Assembly: GCF_000002075.1 (NCBI RefSeq)
Contig: NW_004797365.1
Coordinates: 834,900-898,899, forward strand
Direction: 5' to 3'
Length of the DNA: 64,000 nucleotides
Source of the DNA: Aplysia californica
Taxonomy: Eukaryota
This document shows, piece after piece, positions 63,851-64,000 of the stretch; position 1 is the stretch's first letter; each line of letters begins with the position of its first letter. The position numbers were made by a program, and so were the translations under genes. The notes under the pieces are model-generated. The model was not told where the DNA came from and made no database searches. It saw only the letters and a list, made by a program, of their open reading frames with translations.

Positions 63851-64000
63851 GGCCCATTTCCCTGTCGGGCAGAATTTTTTTCGGAGTGGCTACTCGCCCG
63901 ATGTCGGGTGACTACCGCCGGGCTACTCGCCCGATCTAGGGTTTCTGCACATGTTCCGGGCGAACGAATTCGGTCGATTAGCCCCGCCTGGCCTGCGGCT
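63851..64000. mobile_element. Left end of a GC-rich repeat, probably a MITE, truncated by the window edge
   Basis: Abrupt rise in GC and CpG; repeated GGCTACTCGCCCGAT. Confidence 0.4.

Overview
Eukaryotic, intron-rich, repeat-rich animal genomic DNA with many N gaps next to microsatellites; the repeat content looks mollusc/gastropod-like, but that is inference. I reconstructed three protein-coding genes by hand from splice sites and motifs. (1) First coding exon of an acid lipase (LIPA/LIPF family), minus strand, 2721-2966, continuing off the left edge. (2) A complete 5-exon inositol polyphosphate multikinase (IPMK), minus strand, 30610 to 19159, about 443 aa. (3) Exons 1-8 of a CYP4V-like cytochrome P450, plus strand, 31460 to beyond 61901, continuing off the right edge. 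IPMK and CYP4V are head-to-head with 849 bp between their start codons. The rest is transposon-derived: a 5'-truncated RNase H-bearing I/Ingi-type LINE in a (GAT)n tract, RTE fragments, three decayed Tc1/mariner elements, pogo-, Mutator- and piggyBac-type non-autonomous elements, five copies of a tRNA-Glu-like SINE and seven copies of an unclassified TIR element, often nested. The most unusual observation is a ~340 bp module shared by two elements that appear to belong to different DNA-transposon superfamilies. I found no CRISPR array, rRNA or true tRNA gene. Most entries in the ORF track are artefacts of N gaps, microsatellites or repeats.
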